In this document: positions 63,396 through 64,000 of the stretch, one piece after another
Layout of the letters: the number at the start of each line of letters is the position of its first letter
Numbering within the stretch: position 1 is the stretch's first letter
Source of the DNA: Raillietiella orientalis
Taxonomy: Eukaryota
Direction of reading: 5' to 3'
DNA length: 64,000 nt
Assembly: GCA_036172245.1 (NCBI GenBank)
Contig: JAYWIR010000003.1
Coordinates: 1,240,001 to 1,304,000 of the forward strand
Program-made: the position numbers and the translations under genes
The notes under the pieces: model-generated
Told to the model about the DNA's origin: nothing
What the model saw: the letters and a program-made list of their open reading frames with translations, nothing else
Databases searched by the model: none

Positions 63396-63583
63396 GGGAA
63401 TCTGCTGTCGAGCGTGGAACCGCGTGCTTCACATCTGGGCAATGCTGCCAGCGGCTCCAAGTCAGGGACTGCCTGGGGCCGAACGTGGGGTCCCCACAAA
63501 AAAACAAAAAAACAAAAAAACTCAAACTTTGACGTTTCCCCCCCCCCTGGAGCGTGTTTCTCGGAGCGCAAGGATTTCTGCGC

Positions 63584-63757
63584 TTAGACGAATCCATGGG
63601 AAAGCTCCAGCAGCTTGGTGTTGATGGGTTTTCTATCATCGTAGAGGGTCGGTGCTTGCAAGATTATGGCAGCCGTTCCTATGAGCACAGCGAGCGTAAA
63701 TATCCAGAGGAAAAGCCTGTCGAGCACCATGGCGACGTACTTCCAATCTTCTCTGAT
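63584..63757 (-). CDS. Nicotinic acetylcholine receptor subunit (arthropod alpha1-4/alpha8/beta2-like group), last coding exon with transmembrane helix M4
   Basis: tttcag| acceptor, then [57 protein letters not shown]; absent from the supplied ORF track; rest of the gene lies beyond the window. Confidence 0.95.
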   Translation of the reverse strand: MREDWKYVAMVLDRLFLWIFTLAVLIGTAAIILQAPTLYDDRKPINTKLLELSHGFV

Positions 63758-64000
63758 CTGAAACGGTTAGGAGGCTCATTCGCAAGCGAAACGGGGACGG
63801 GAAGGCCGGTTGAATTTCCGGATCACGCATTTCTGATCGCGGGCTGCTGGCTGAAACAGCTGCGTGGCCGACGAGGCAGCTGAGACTCGGAGGACGCGCG
63901 GTCCGACGCGAAAGTCTCAGGGAAGGGGGAGAGGGGAACTGCTGCGTGACGTCACGGATCGGCGCATCGTTTGCGACCCTTCGCAGCCGGATCTTTCCGG

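Noticed and set aside
63554..63883. 109-aa + strand ORF
   Set aside because: Antisense shadow of the nAChR exon.

Overview
Eukaryotic, intron-containing DNA, probably arthropod (inferred from the LEO1 and nicotinic receptor sequences). Two host genes face each other at the edges. The first is the 3' four exons of LEO1 (Paf1 complex; + strand, 909-2526, 48-50 bp introns). The second is the last coding exon (M4 helix) of a nicotinic acetylcholine receptor subunit (- strand, 63584-63757). The ~60 kb between them is GC-rich and dominated by nested mobile-element remnants: at least 12 3'-end copies of an L1/Tx1-clade LINE, 7 copies or fragments of an ~800-900 bp tRNA-headed SINE-like element, a cecropia/Hsmar1-type mariner, two piggyBac-type MITEs, two degenerate DIRS-like tyrosine-recombinase remnants and a near-identical 600 bp duplication. 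There may also be decayed minus-strand exons. The most notable result is that two LINE copies are 5'-inverted insertions bounded by target-site duplications, the twin-priming signature best known from mammalian L1. This family also lacks a poly(A) tail and ends in a conserved stem-loop 3'UTR. Most ORFs in the supplied track are spurious frames in GC-rich repeats. All alignments were made by eye, and boundaries of degenerate elements are approximate.
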